Assembly (NCBI GenBank): GCA_900770255.1
Contig: CAAGJN010000067.1
Location: forward strand, 27,146 to 91,145
Origin: Clostridia bacterium
Lineage (GTDB): Bacteria; Bacillota; Clostridia; Oscillospirales; Acutalibacteraceae
Direction of reading: 5' to 3'
Length of the DNA stretch: 64,000 nucleotides
Within the stretch, counting starts at the first letter, position 1. The number at the start of each line of letters is the position of its first letter. The notes beneath the pieces are model-generated. The model saw only the letters and a list, made by a program, of their open reading frames with translations. It had not been told where the DNA came from and did not search any database. Shown one piece after another: positions 32,756 to 43,160 of the stretch. The translations under genes and the position numbers were made by a program.

Positions 32756-33772
32756 ATGGTAGTCATTCTTAAAGAAAATTACAACGCAGAGCAAAAGGAC
32801 AATCTCGTAAACTGGCTCGAAAGCCTCGGCATTACGGTACACAGCAGCCTCGGCGAGCACACCACGGTGCTCGGCCTCGTCGGCGACACTTCGGGAATTG
32901 ACATCGATCTGATAAAGGCGCTCGACATCGTCGAGGACGTCAAGCGTATTCAGGAGCCCTACAAAAACGCAAACCGCAAGTTCCACCCCGAAGATACGGT
33001 TGTCGTCATTGACAAAGAGAAGGATATAAAGATCGGCGGCGGCAACTTCCAGATCATTGCGGGGCCCTGCTCGGTCGAGTCCGAGGAGCAGGTGTGCGGA
33101 ATAGCCGAGGCCGTCAAGAAATCCGGCGCTACGCTGCTGCGCGGCGGCGCGTTCAAGCCCCGCACCTCGCCCTACGCTTTCCAGGGTCTGCGTGCAGAAG
33201 GCATCAAGCTTCTGCTCGAGGCAAAGAAGCTGACGGGTATGCCGATAGTCACCGAGATCATGGATCTTTCACAGCTCCCGCTGTTCGACGAGGTCGACGT
33301 TATCCAAGTCGGCGCGCGCAACATGCAGAACTTCGAGCTGTTAAAGCACCTCGGCCACACCAACAAGCCCATTCTCTTAAAGCGCGGCCTCTCAAGCACC
33401 CTTCAGGAGCTGCTCATGAGCGCCGAATACATTATGGCAGGCGGCAACATGAATGTCATACTCTGCGAGCGCGGCATCAGAACCTTTGAAACTTACACCC
33501 GCAACACGCTCGACATCTCGGCTGTTCCCGCGATCAAAACGCTTTCGCACCTGCCGATAATTATTGATCCGAGTCACGCGACAGGCATCTCTAAGCTTGT
33601 AAAGCCCATGGCCTTTGCAGCTACGGCGGCCGGCGCAGACGGACTTATAATCGAGGTTCACAACGACCCGGAGCACGCGCTCTGCGACGGACCGCAGTCC
33701 CTGACCCCCGAGGCTTTCGACGACGTTGTCAAGGGAGTCAACAGCATCCGCCCGTTCGCCTACAAAATGTGA
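32756..33772 (+). CDS. aroF: 3-deoxy-7-phosphoheptulonate (DAHP) synthase, type I-beta with an N-terminal regulatory domain
   Basis: 338 aa. The catalytic core …IAGPCSVESEEQ…, …GGAFKPRTSPY…, …IIDPSHATG… is KDSA/AroG-like, with a ~70-aa N-terminal extension. Confidence 0.92.
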   Translation: MVVILKENYNAEQKDNLVNWLESLGITVHSSLGEHTTVLGLVGDTSGIDIDLIKALDIVEDVKRIQEPYKNANRKFHPEDTVVVIDKEKDIKIGGGNFQIIAGPCSVESEEQVCGIAEAVKKSGATLLRGGAFKPRTSPYAFQGLRAEGIKLLLEAKKLTGMPIVTEIMDLSQLPLFDEVDVIQVGARNMQNFELLKHLGHTNKPILLKRGLSSTLQELLMSAEYIMAGGNMNVILCERGIRTFETYTRNTLDISAVPAIKTLSHLPIIIDPSHATGISKLVKPMAFAATAAGADGLIIEVHNDPEHALCDGPQSLTPEAFDDVVKGVNSIRPFAYKM

Positions 33773-33954
33773 GGCATCCGACAATTAAGGGCCGGTTTTA
33801 AAGCGCTGCTTCGCCCCCCGAAAACAGGCTTTTTCGTGCGCGCCCGGCGCATTTCAGCAAAAAGGAAGATCAACTGTTTGCCGGGCGGTTTTCCCTATCG
33901 GGCGCGGCGCACGTCCCGGTTGTCAAAATGCCCAAGAAAGGATATAATACAGGT

Positions 33955-34785
33955 ATGAAGATAGCAGTCATAGGCCTCGGACTTATAGGCGGTTCAATGG
34001 CAAAGGCGATAAAAGACAACACCGAAAACGAGGTTTTCGGCTCCGACATAAACGAGAGCGTAATTTTAAAGGCTAAACTCGTCGGCGCGATAGACGGCGA
34101 GCTCACCGATGAAATTTTAGCTCAGTGCGACAGGGTAATCATCGCCCTCTATCCCGAATCAACAATAGAATTTCTCGATAAAAAAGCAAAGATTATCAAG
34201 AAGGGCGCGGTGGTCATTGACTGCTCTGGTGTAAAGCGATATGTCTTTACACCTGCTCATGAGATCGCCAAAGCCAACGGCTTCGAATTCATCGGAGGCC
34301 ACCCGATGGCGGGCGTGGAGCGCTGGGGCTTTGACAGCTCCTCAGGATTGCTTTTTAACAATGCGTCGATGATACTGACCCCCGACGGCAGCACGGATAT
34401 AGCTCTGCTGCACGAGATAAAGAAGCTGTTTTTATCCATCGGCTTCGGCAGCATCACGGTGGTAACTCCCAATAAGCACGACAGAATAATCGCCTATACA
34501 TCTCAGCTCGCGCACGTTGTGGCAAGCGCATATATAAAGAGCCCGAGCGCATCGGATCACATGGGCTTGAGCGCCGGCAGCTACAAGGACATGACCCGCG
34601 TCGCGTCGCTCAACGCCGAGATGTGGAGCGAGCTGTTCCTTGAAAACAAGGACAATCTCATAAATGAGATCGACAATATCATAAACAACCTGACCGACTA
34701 TCGCAATGCGATAGCGTCAAACGACCGCGAGGAGCTCAAAAAACTGCTCGAGGAAGGAACAAAGAGAAAGGCCGACTGCGGCTGA
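33955..34785 (+). CDS. tyrA: Prephenate dehydrogenase
   Basis: MKIAVIGLGLIGGS Rossmann start, …GGHPMAG…. Start moved to the ATG at 33955. Confidence 0.88.
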   Translation: MKIAVIGLGLIGGSMAKAIKDNTENEVFGSDINESVILKAKLVGAIDGELTDEILAQCDRVIIALYPESTIEFLDKKAKIIKKGAVVIDCSGVKRYVFTPAHEIAKANGFEFIGGHPMAGVERWGFDSSSGLLFNNASMILTPDGSTDIALLHEIKKLFLSIGFGSITVVTPNKHDRIIAYTSQLAHVVASAYIKSPSASDHMGLSAGSYKDMTRVASLNAEMWSELFLENKDNLINEIDNIINNLTDYRNAIASNDREELKKLLEEGTKRKADCG

Positions 34786-34801
34786 TAAAGGAGAGAAGCA
34801 T

Positions 34802-35845
34802 ATGCAGACCGTGAGAGTCAAAGCTTCAACTGAATACGACGTGCTCATCGAGCGCGGCATACTCGACAGCGCGGGAGAGCTTATCCAACAGCGCACAGGT
34901 GCAAAAAGAGCACTGCTCATCACCGATCGTACCGTGGACGGGCTCTATGCGGACAGGGTACTGGACATTCTCAGAACCGCCGGCACAGAGAGCGAAAAAT
35001 TTGTCTTTGAAGACGGTGAGGAGCATAAGAGCCTCGAGACGGTCGGCCGCATTCTCTCGTTTGCCGCCGAGCTGGAGCTCACGCGCAGCGACATCTTCGT
35101 CGCGCTGGGCGGCGGAATAGTCGGCGACGTCACGGGCTTCGCGGCAAGCGCTTATCTGCGCGGCGTGCGCTTTGTGCAGATACCGACGACGCTGCTCGCA
35201 GCGGTCGATTCCTCCGTCGGAGGCAAAACCGGCGTCAATCTACCCGAGGGTAAGAATCTCGCGGGCGCGTTTCATCAGCCGTCGCTCGTGCTCTGCGATC
35301 CGGACTGCTTTGAGACGCTCTCCCCCGCTCTGTTCGCGGACGGGGCCGCAGAGAGCATCAAATACGGCATAATAGCGGACGAAAAGCTGTTTGAGGCTTT
35401 TGAGAAAGACGACATCAGGGAGAATATTGAGCAGATCGTGCGCCGCTGCGTCGAGATAAAAAGCGAGATCGTCTCGCGCGACGAATTTGACACGGGCGAA
35501 CGGCAAAAGTTAAACCTCGGCCACACGCTCGGCCACGCGATAGAAAAATGCAGCGGCTTTGAGATATCTCACGGGCACGCAGTCGCGATCGGCACCGTGC
35601 GCGCGTGCATCGCAGCGGAAAAGCTCGGGATATGCGGAAATATAGCTCCGCGAGTTAAAAAGGTCTTTGAGAAAAACGGGCTTCCGACCGCTACCGACAT
35701 CAGCACGCATGAGCTTACAAAGGTCATGCACCGCGACAAAAAGCGCAGTTCAAATGGAATGAACCTTATCCTGCCGACAAAGATCGGCGAATGTATACTA
35801 TACAAAACGGAGTCGAACAGGCTTGAAGACATCTATTCACTTTGA
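34802..35845 (+). CDS. aroB: 3-dehydroquinate synthase
   Basis: …ALGGGIVGDVTGFAAS…, …GHTLGHAIE…, 347 aa. Confidence 0.93.
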   Translation: MQTVRVKASTEYDVLIERGILDSAGELIQQRTGAKRALLITDRTVDGLYADRVLDILRTAGTESEKFVFEDGEEHKSLETVGRILSFAAELELTRSDIFVALGGGIVGDVTGFAASAYLRGVRFVQIPTTLLAAVDSSVGGKTGVNLPEGKNLAGAFHQPSLVLCDPDCFETLSPALFADGAAESIKYGIIADEKLFEAFEKDDIRENIEQIVRRCVEIKSEIVSRDEFDTGERQKLNLGHTLGHAIEKCSGFEISHGHAVAIGTVRACIAAEKLGICGNIAPRVKKVFEKNGLPTATDISTHELTKVMHRDKKRSSNGMNLILPTKIGECILYKTESNRLEDIYSL

Positions 35846-35861
35846 CGGAGGTAGCTCTATG

Positions 35862-37052
35862 GACATGAAAATAGCTCCGGCGCGCCTGAGCGGGAGCTTG
35901 GCCGCCCCTCCGTCAAAATCGCACGCGCACAGGCTGATGACAGCCATGTTTTTAGCGGGCCGGGAGATTCCCGAAGCGATGTGTACTTCCGACGATCTGA
36001 ACGCGACGAGGCGCTGCCTTTACGCCCTGCGCAGCGGTGAGACGCTCGACTGCGGCGAGAGCGGTACAACGCTTCGCTTTCTGCTCCCCGTGGCCGCGTC
36101 GCTCGGCGTGAAAGTCCGCTTCGAGGGACACGGCAGACTGCCGGAGCGGCCGATGTCCGAGCTTGTGCGGGCGCTCAGAGAAAACGGCGCCGTGATATCC
36201 TCGGATACGCTGCCGATAAGCCTTTCGGGCAAGCTGCACGCCGGCACATTTTGCGTACCCGGCAACATCAGCTCACAGTTCATCTCAGGGCTGCTGTTCG
36301 CCCTGCCGCTGCTCGGCGGTGACAGCGAGATCGTAATAAGCGGCAAGCGCGAATCCGCAGGATACATCGAAATGACTCTTGACGTGCTCAGAGCTTTTTC
36401 AATAGACATCAACCGCACCGAGAACGGTTTTACAATAAAAGGAAACCAGCAATACACAGCGCCCGCAGACTGTACCGTCCAGGGCGACTGGTCGAACGCC
36501 GCGTTTTTTCTGTGCATGTCGGCGCTCGGAAGCAATATAAAAATAACCGGTCTCGACATTAGCTGCTCGCAGAGCGACCGCGCGGTGACGGATATATTGA
36601 AAAATTTCGGTGCTGAGGTGACTGATGCCGACGGGGCCGTTACCGTATGCGGCGGGAAGCTGCACGGACAGAGAATAGATATTTCTCCCTGCCCCGATCT
36701 TTTCCCGGCGCTTGCAGTCACCGCCTGCGCCGCCGAGGGCGACACGGTCTTCTTCAACGCCGGGCGCCTCAGGATAAAGGAGAGCGACCGCATCGCGGCG
36801 GTTGAAGCGATGATAAAATCACTCGGCGGGAGCGCCGAGAGCACGCGGGACACGCTGACCGTTCACGGCGGCGGGCTGCAGGGCGGAGAGGTCGATTCGT
36901 TCAACGATCACCGCATAGTTATGGCGGCCGCGACCGCCGCGTGTGTCTGCAAAGAGCCCATCATGATAAGGGGCGCTCAGGCAGTAAACAAATCGTACCC
37001 GACATTTTTCAAAGATTATACAGAGCTTGGAGGAAAATCGGATGTCATTTGA
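35862..37052 (+). CDS. aroA: 3-phosphoshikimate 1-carboxyvinyltransferase (EPSP synthase)
   Basis: …LAAPPSKSHAHR… and …LFPALAVTA…. Start uncertain (35823-35868). Confidence 0.92.
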   Translation, partial: DMKIAPARLSGSLAAPPSKSHAHRLMTAMFLAGREIPEAMCTSDDLNATRRCLYALRSGETLDCGESGTTLRFLLPVAASLGVKVRFEGHGRLPERPMSELVRALRENGAVISSDTLPISLSGKLHAGTFCVPGNISSQFISGLLFALPLLGGDSEIVISGKRESAGYIEMTLDVLRAFSIDINRTENGFTIKGNQQYTAPADCTVQGDWSNAAFFLCMSALGSNIKITGLDISCSQSDRAVTDILKNFGAEVTDADGAVTVCGGKLHGQRIDISPCPDLFPALAVTACAAEGDTVFFNAGRLRIKESDRIAAVEAMIKSLGGSAESTRDTLTVHGGGLQGGEVDSFNDHRIVMAAATAACVCKEPIMIRGAQAVNKSYPTFFKDYTELGGKSDVI

Positions 37053-38118
37053 GAACGGAAGGAACATAAGCTTGACCGTGTTCGGCGAGTCACATGCGCG
37101 AGCGGTAGGCGCAGTCATAGAGGGACTTCCCGCGGGCGAGGAGATCGACGAGGAGCTCATCATGCAGTTTATGCGCCGCAGAATGGGCGGCAAGCCCTGG
37201 AGCACTCCGCGCCGCGAGGAGGACAAGCCCGTTATCCTCTGCGGTCTGCTCAACGGCAAAACGACGGGAGCTGCACTTTGCGCGATAATAGAAAATAACA
37301 ACACCCGTCCCGCCGACTACGAGAACATGAAAAAAATTCCGCGCCCGTCACATGCGGACTATCCGGCGTTTGTCAAATATAACGGCGCAAACGACCGCAG
37401 CGGCGGCGGGCAGTTCTCAGGCAGGCTGACGGCTCCGCTGTGCGCCGCAGGCGCTATCTGTGAGCAGATTCTCGAGCGCCGCGGCGTCAAGGTTGCCGCG
37501 CACCTTTCACGCGCGGCGGGCGTTGACGACAAACCCTTCGACCCCTGCAACCCGGACGGCGGCCTGTTCGAAAAGCTCAAGTGCAAGGAGTTTCCCGTCA
37601 TTGACGACGAGGCGGGCGGCAGGATGATTGAACAGATCATCAGGGCAAAAGACAACATGGACTCGGTCGGAGGCGTTGTCGAATGTGCCGTAACCGGCCT
37701 TGAACCGGGGCTCGGCGAGCCGATATTCGGCTCGGTCGAAAGTCGGCTCAGTTCGATGATCTTCGGCATAGGCGGCGTTCGCGGAATCGAGTTCGGCGCG
37801 GGCTTTTTGGCGGCAGACATGACCGGAAGCCTCCACAACGACCCCTACTGCATAGTTGAAAATGAGATAAAAACAGTCACGAACAACCACGGCGGAATAA
37901 TAGGCGGACTGACGAGCGGCATGCCGATAATTTTCAGAGCGGCGTTCAAGCCGACTTCCTCGATAGGTCTGCCGCAGAGAAGCATCGATCTCGATTCGCT
38001 CGAGGAGACGAAGCTCGAGATAAGAGGCCGTCACGATCCGTGCATCGCCGTGCGCGCAGTTCCCTGCGTTGAGGCGGCCGCAGCCGTGACTGTACTTGAT
38101 ATACTGATGAGTAAATAA
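37042..38118 (+). CDS. aroC: Chorismate synthase
   Basis: …LTVFGESHARAVGAVIEGLPAG… and …GRHDPCIAVRAVP…. GGAGG RBS before the ATG at 37042. Confidence 0.95.
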   Translation: MSFENGRNISLTVFGESHARAVGAVIEGLPAGEEIDEELIMQFMRRRMGGKPWSTPRREEDKPVILCGLLNGKTTGAALCAIIENNNTRPADYENMKKIPRPSHADYPAFVKYNGANDRSGGGQFSGRLTAPLCAAGAICEQILERRGVKVAAHLSRAAGVDDKPFDPCNPDGGLFEKLKCKEFPVIDDEAGGRMIEQIIRAKDNMDSVGGVVECAVTGLEPGLGEPIFGSVESRLSSMIFGIGGVRGIEFGAGFLAADMTGSLHNDPYCIVENEIKTVTNNHGGIIGGLTSGMPIIFRAAFKPTSSIGLPQRSIDLDSLEETKLEIRGRHDPCIAVRAVPCVEAAAAVTVLDILMSK

Positions 38119-38126
38119 AACAGGAG

Positions 38127-39275
38127 ATGGAGAAAATGGAACTTTCAGACTACAGAAAAGAGCTTGACAGTATTGACGCTCAGATGCTCGAGCTCTTCAA
38201 GCAGAGGATGAACACGGTGCGCGGAGTGGCCGAGTACAAAAAAGAACATAATCTGCCTATCCTCCAGCAGGGCAGAGAGAGGGAGATCCTTGCCTCTGCC
38301 GCCGCAAACGCCGGAGAGGAGCTTGAGGACTATGCACGCACATTTTTCGCCTCTCTTATGGACGTCAGCCGCTCATATCAGTCAAGATTCATGAGCAATG
38401 GCGGCTCCGTTTCAGAGACGATAACCGAGGCGCTCAGAAATACCCCGCCGATCTTCCCAAAGCACGGCACCGTCGCCTGTCAGGGCGTTGAGGGTGCTTA
38501 TTCCCAAATGGCCTGCGACAAGCTTTTCACGGCTCCGTCTATCTCATATTTCAAGAACTTCGAGGGTGTGTTCGCCGCAGTTGAGCAGGGCCTGTGCGAA
38601 TACGGCATACTGCCGATCGACAACAGCACTTACGGCACGGTCAACGAGGTCTACGACCTGATGAAAAACTACCGTTTCCATATAGTCAGGAGCATTAAGC
38701 TCAAGGTCGATCACTCGCTGCTCGTCCTGCCCGGCACAGAGCTTAAAGACATCAAAGAGATCTTCTCCCACGAGCAGGCGCTCGGCCAATGCTCGGAATT
38801 CCTCAAGGCTCACCCCGACATCAAGGTCACGATATGTGAAAACACGGCGGCCGCCGCAAAGCTTCTCCACGATAGCGGCAGACATGACGCGGCGTCAATA
38901 TCCTCGGCCGGCTGTGCCAACCTCTACGGGCTCAAAAAGCTCGACGTGCATGTTCAGAACACCGACGGCAACTTTACGCGCTTTATCTGCATCTCCAAAA
39001 AAGCGATGATCTTCCCAGGCGCAGACAGGATAAGTCTTATGCTCTCCCTGCCCCACAGGCCCGGCTCGCTCTATTCGCTGATCTCCCGCTTCTCCGTGCT
39101 CGGACTCAACCTGACAAAGCTTGAGAGCCGTCCGATCGCCGGCAGCGATTTCGAGTTCATGTTCTATTTCGACATCGAGGCGTCGGTCTATTCTCCCTCA
39201 GTGCTCGCGCTGCTTGACGAGCTCTCCGAAAGCCCGGAGCTGTTCGTGTTCCTCGGCAGCTACTCGGAGGTCTGA
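38127..39275 (+). CDS. pheA: Bifunctional chorismate mutase / prephenate dehydratase
   Basis: N-terminal CM domain (…LDSIDAQMLELFKQRM…), PDT domain, and a C-terminal ACT domain (…ESRPIAGSDFEFMFYFD…). Confidence 0.9.
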   Translation: MEKMELSDYRKELDSIDAQMLELFKQRMNTVRGVAEYKKEHNLPILQQGREREILASAAANAGEELEDYARTFFASLMDVSRSYQSRFMSNGGSVSETITEALRNTPPIFPKHGTVACQGVEGAYSQMACDKLFTAPSISYFKNFEGVFAAVEQGLCEYGILPIDNSTYGTVNEVYDLMKNYRFHIVRSIKLKVDHSLLVLPGTELKDIKEIFSHEQALGQCSEFLKAHPDIKVTICENTAAAAKLLHDSGRHDAASISSAGCANLYGLKKLDVHVQNTDGNFTRFICISKKAMIFPGADRISLMLSLPHRPGSLYSLISRFSVLGLNLTKLESRPIAGSDFEFMFYFDIEASVYSPSVLALLDELSESPELFVFLGSYSEV

Positions 39276-39276
39276 G

Positions 39277-40509
39277 ATGAGGTGCGCACTTATAGGCGAA
39301 AGGCTCGGCCACAGCTACTCGAAGCTCATTCACGACTCATTCGGGCTTTACAGCTATGAGCTCGTGAGCCTGCCGAAGGAAAAACTGAGCGATTTTATGC
39401 GCGAGGGCGAGTTTGACGCATTTAACGTGACTATTCCCTACAAGCGGGACGTCATGCCCTACTGCTCATACATCAGCCCCGAGGCCGAGCATATCGGCAG
39501 CGTAAACACGGTAGTCAGAACTCCCGACGGGCTGCACGGCTTCAACACCGACTATTTCGGATTTAAGGCGATGGCAGACCGCGCGGGAATAAGCTTCAAG
39601 GGCAAAAATATCGTTATTCTCGGCAGCGGCGGCACTTCGCTGACGGCACGGGCCGTCGCGGCGGACGGCGGCGCAGAGAAAATCTGCATCGTGTCCCGCT
39701 CGGGCGAATACAACTACGAGAACCTTGAGCGCCTCGCCGACTGCGACGTGCTGATAAACACGACGCCCGTCGGGATGTACCCAAAAAACGGCGCTTCGGC
39801 GGTAACGCTCGACAGCTTCCCGCGGTGCGGGGCAGTGCTCGATGTGATATATAACCCCCTGCGTACTGAGCTTATTTTGCAGGCGCAGGAGAGAAATATA
39901 AAATGCTCCGGCGGGCTGTATATGCTCGTATCGCAGGCGGCTCAGAGCGCCGGATACTTTTGCGGCGCCGAGATACCGCAGCAGAAGGTCGAGGAGGTTT
40001 TCCGTTCGCTTACGCTGAGCGTGCAGAACATCGTGCTCGTCGGCATGCCCGGCTGCGGCAAGACTACCGTCGCTCGGGAGCTCGCAGCGCTCACGGGCAG
40101 ACGGATCGCCGACACCGACGAAATGGTTGAAGCTTCTGCGGGGATGAGCATTCCGGAAATCTTCGAAAAATACGGAGAACAGCATTTCAGAAAGCTCGAG
40201 AGCGAGGCGGTTTGCAGCGCCGCAAAGGAAAAAGGTCTGATAATCTCGACCGGCGGCGGCGCGGTGCTCAGAGAGGAGAATGTGCACGCACTCAAGGGCA
40301 ACGGACGGATATACCATCTGCTGCGCAGCCTTGACGAGCTTGCGCTCGACGGGCGTCCGCTTTCAAGGGACAGAGCCGCGCTCAAAAAGATGCTCAAAGA
40401 GCGCAGCCCAATATACGCCTCCTGTGCGGACACGCAGATCGACAATAATCTGACTCCCGAGCAGACGGCCGAAAAAATACTCGGCGAATTTGAATCGTCG
40501 AGGGTGTGA
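39277..40509 (+). CDS. aroE-aroK: Fused shikimate dehydrogenase (N-terminal) and shikimate kinase (C-terminal)
   Basis: …IGERLGHSYSKLIHDSFG… (AroE substrate motif), …ILGSGGTS…, then Walker A LVGMPGCGKTT and …IISTGGGAV… (AroK). The track ORF starts upstream in frame; the ATG at 39277 follows the pheA stop by 1 nt. Confidence 0.88.
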   Translation: MRCALIGERLGHSYSKLIHDSFGLYSYELVSLPKEKLSDFMREGEFDAFNVTIPYKRDVMPYCSYISPEAEHIGSVNTVVRTPDGLHGFNTDYFGFKAMADRAGISFKGKNIVILGSGGTSLTARAVAADGGAEKICIVSRSGEYNYENLERLADCDVLINTTPVGMYPKNGASAVTLDSFPRCGAVLDVIYNPLRTELILQAQERNIKCSGGLYMLVSQAAQSAGYFCGAEIPQQKVEEVFRSLTLSVQNIVLVGMPGCGKTTVARELAALTGRRIADTDEMVEASAGMSIPEIFEKYGEQHFRKLESEAVCSAAKEKGLIISTGGGAVLREENVHALKGNGRIYHLLRSLDELALDGRPLSRDRAALKKMLKERSPIYASCADTQIDNNLTPEQTAEKILGEFESSRV

Positions 40510-40572
40510 AAACAGATTAAAAGCGGCCCCACGGACAAATGCCCGTGGGGTCGCTTCATTGCATCGCTGCAC

Positions 40573-42327
40573 CTATATATTGTTTCTGCGCGCTCTGAGC
40601 TGCTCCATCATATCCTTGACGCCCGAGGCAAAGGCCGACGCAGTATGACTGCCGAGGGAGAACATCTCCTGATAATGGGCATAGTCCTTAAAAAACAGCT
40701 TTTCAGGCAGCTTGCCGTAGCCCAAAAAGAACATGCAGTAGTCATTGTCGGGAATGATATAGCCTATCGCATCGTTTGCAAGGCCGAACACCGCAGTATC
40801 GCCGCCGACAATGCTCTCTATGCTCTCAAAATCGCTCCCGCAGCCGGTGATGCTGTTTTCGGCGAGCATGTCTCCCGTCCCGCTGATGAGTCCGGACGTT
40901 ATCTCGCCGGGCACGAGCGTTATCTTCATTTCGCCGCCGAGCTCGATATATCCCGTCTCAGTCAGCAGCTCATACACGCCCTTTTGCGGACGCAGCAGTT
41001 CAAAACTCGCGAAGCCGAGCTTGCCTATCATCTTTTCAAGCGGATTATCGACGTTGAGCAATATTTTTTTGTGCGCCGAAGTCATGAGCGGCTCAAGCTC
41101 GCGCTCGGTTACGGGCTCGACGCCGATCCTGCGTACTGCGTCGCGGTAGGGCTCCCCGCTGTTTTCCGGCGAGAGCAGCGGATCTTTTTCTATTTCTTCG
41201 CGCGTCTTTGTCAGCGCGAGAGTCAGCTTGCCGAGATCGCGGCCGAGCGCCGAAGTCTGGGCTGCAAAGTTTTCTTCCTTTACACCGCCCGCTCCCCTGT
41301 TCGGATAAATTCCATTGACAGCGGCGTTGAAAAATATAAAGTTTTTGCCGGCACCATTGACTATTTCAGCCATATAGAAAGGGAAATCACTTGACAGCCT
41401 GTCGCCCGTATTTGCGCCGATCTTCATGCCGTTTGCGTAGGGATGCGCACCGAAATTGACAATCACCGTCTCCCTCAGCGACGTATCGGCGGGGATAAAG
41501 CGCAGGCGGTTCATGCGCGGGGAATATTCGCGCGGAGGACGCTTTGAAAAGATAAAATCCTTCAGCCCGTACTCGGAGAGCGTCATGTCCTCATACGGCT
41601 TTTCGGCAGAATATTTTCCGAGCTTCTCAACGCTGTCAAAACCTATCTGCGCGAACATGAGCTTTCCCGGCGTCATGTTGTCAACCGCCTCGGAGACCGT
41701 CTTTTTTATCCTGCCGATGAGTCCGTCGATAAACTTTTCATCGACGCTCGGGGTGAGCTCCCGTTTTGTAAAAAACAGCTCGCTGATATTTTTAAAAAAT
41801 TTCTCGCCTGTTACGCTCCAGATGCCCATGGTATCGACTGAGCTGTGCGCGTGGGTCGAAAGGATGTTTATATATGAAACATTGTTCGTGCGGCAGAAGC
41901 CATCGAGTCCCCTGCGCACACGGCTAATCACGGGCGCGGTGAGTCCGATGCAGTCAACGGTGCAGAAAACCTCCGCGGGTCTGTCGCCCCCGTCGCTTAT
42001 CGCTATCGCCCTGATCATAATATCGTCGAGCACGCTTTTTATCCTGCGCGGCGGCACGGAAAGGTTGCCTCCGACATAGTATTTCTTAGCGCTCACATCG
42101 CCCGGCGCTGCGCTGCGCTCGGAATAGCCGAGATACCACGAGTCACCCGGCGCGTCTCCGATACGCAGCTTTGCATCGGAATCAAAATTTTTATTATTCT
42201 CGCATCTTTTGAAATTTACGGGCTCCGGCAGCAGTTTGTTCATTCCCTCGAGCAGGGAGGTTAGTCCTTTTTCGGCTCTCCTTGCGCGCTTTGCACCGCT
42301 TTTAAATTTTTCATCAAAGATGTACAT
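40573..42327 (-). CDS. Hypothetical hydrolase, possibly neutral/alkaline-ceramidase-like
   Basis: 584 aa. …IMIRAIAISDGGDRPAEVFCTVDCIGLT… and …ILSTHAHSSVDT… loosely resemble the N-terminal catalytic region of neutral ceramidases. This is a weak assignment. Confidence 0.35.
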   Translation of the reverse strand: MYIFDEKFKSGAKRARRAEKGLTSLLEGMNKLLPEPVNFKRCENNKNFDSDAKLRIGDAPGDSWYLGYSERSAAPGDVSAKKYYVGGNLSVPPRRIKSVLDDIMIRAIAISDGGDRPAEVFCTVDCIGLTAPVISRVRRGLDGFCRTNNVSYINILSTHAHSSVDTMGIWSVTGEKFFKNISELFFTKRELTPSVDEKFIDGLIGRIKKTVSEAVDNMTPGKLMFAQIGFDSVEKLGKYSAEKPYEDMTLSEYGLKDFIFSKRPPREYSPRMNRLRFIPADTSLRETVIVNFGAHPYANGMKIGANTGDRLSSDFPFYMAEIVNGAGKNFIFFNAAVNGIYPNRGAGGVKEENFAAQTSALGRDLGKLTLALTKTREEIEKDPLLSPENSGEPYRDAVRRIGVEPVTERELEPLMTSAHKKILLNVDNPLEKMIGKLGFASFELLRPQKGVYELLTETGYIELGGEMKITLVPGEITSGLISGTGDMLAENSITGCGSDFESIESIVGGDTAVFGLANDAIGYIIPDNDYCMFFLGYGKLPEKLFFKDYAHYQEMFSLGSHTASAFASGVKDMMEQLRARRNNI

Positions 42328-42613
42328 ATCAGAGCCTCCTTAAATAAGTGTCATTAGCCATGCACCGGCGGGCATATAATCATTTGCCGCCGCGCTAAAG
42401 CAGTCTACACCTCTATAATACCTTTTTTATGAAGAAATAACAAGTGCGTGTTATTCACGGTTCGTACAAATTTTCTTTACTTTGATTTAATGAATTTTTA
42501 CTATTCAGGACACAATCAAATGATATTATGTCAGTGTAGTGAGAGGGAAATCAAACCATCAATTAACTACTTGTTCTCCCGGCAGGGAAAACACACGAAA
42601 GGACATCAGCAAA

Positions 42614-43057
42614 ATGAAAAACAAAGCCTGTGTTCTCGTATGCGTGACCCCGCAGAGTCAGTGTGAAACACTTATCCGTTCAGGATCGCTCATAGCACAG
42701 CAATACGGAGTGCCGCTCGAGGTGCTCAGCGTATTTCACGAGAGAGACGGCATAAGTCCCGATCCGGCAGTTCTCGAAGAGCTTTACGACTGCGCGCGCC
42801 GCGAAAACGCCCAGATGAGCGTATATTTCAACGACAGCCCGGCCATACTCGCAGCAGTCATCGCCAAAAAGAAGGGAGCTGTTGACATTGTCGCAGGTTT
42901 CCCGAAAGAGCGCAGCACACATTTTATCTCCACTCTGCACACGCTTGTACCGGACATCCAGATCAGCATGGTCGATGTTGACGACAACGGCAAGATCTAC
43001 CGAATGATTCCCCAGAACGCCCAGCAGAGCTATGAAATAGTCGGCGCTCAGAGTTAA
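42614..43057 (+). CDS. Universal-stress-protein-like / KdpD-N-terminal-like small protein
   Basis: …ACVLVCVTPQSQCETLIRSGSLIAQ…VLSVF… resembles the Usp-like sensor domain fold. It is preceded by a ~280-bp AT-rich leader. Confidence 0.4.
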   Translation: MKNKACVLVCVTPQSQCETLIRSGSLIAQQYGVPLEVLSVFHERDGISPDPAVLEELYDCARRENAQMSVYFNDSPAILAAVIAKKKGAVDIVAGFPKERSTHFISTLHTLVPDIQISMVDVDDNGKIYRMIPQNAQQSYEIVGAQS

Positions 43058-43104
43058 TTCAAGACATCCACAAACTTTTCCGGTTTTTTCATTGTTATTC
43101 TCCA

Positions 43105-43148
43105 AAAATGCAGAAAGCTCACGGCAATCCGTGGGCTTTCTGCATTTA
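43105..43148. terminator. Bidirectional terminator between the usp-like gene and ispE
   Basis: aaaatgcagaaagc-tcacggcaatccgtggg-ctttctgcattt (nested stems). Confidence 0.65.
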
Positions 43149-43160
43149 CATCCTGCAATT

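Noticed and set aside
32380-32760. Possible T-box leader upstream of the aro operon
   Set aside because: No T-box consensus (AGGGTGGNACCGCG) or specifier-loop architecture is present. The leader-peptide plus terminator explanation fits better.
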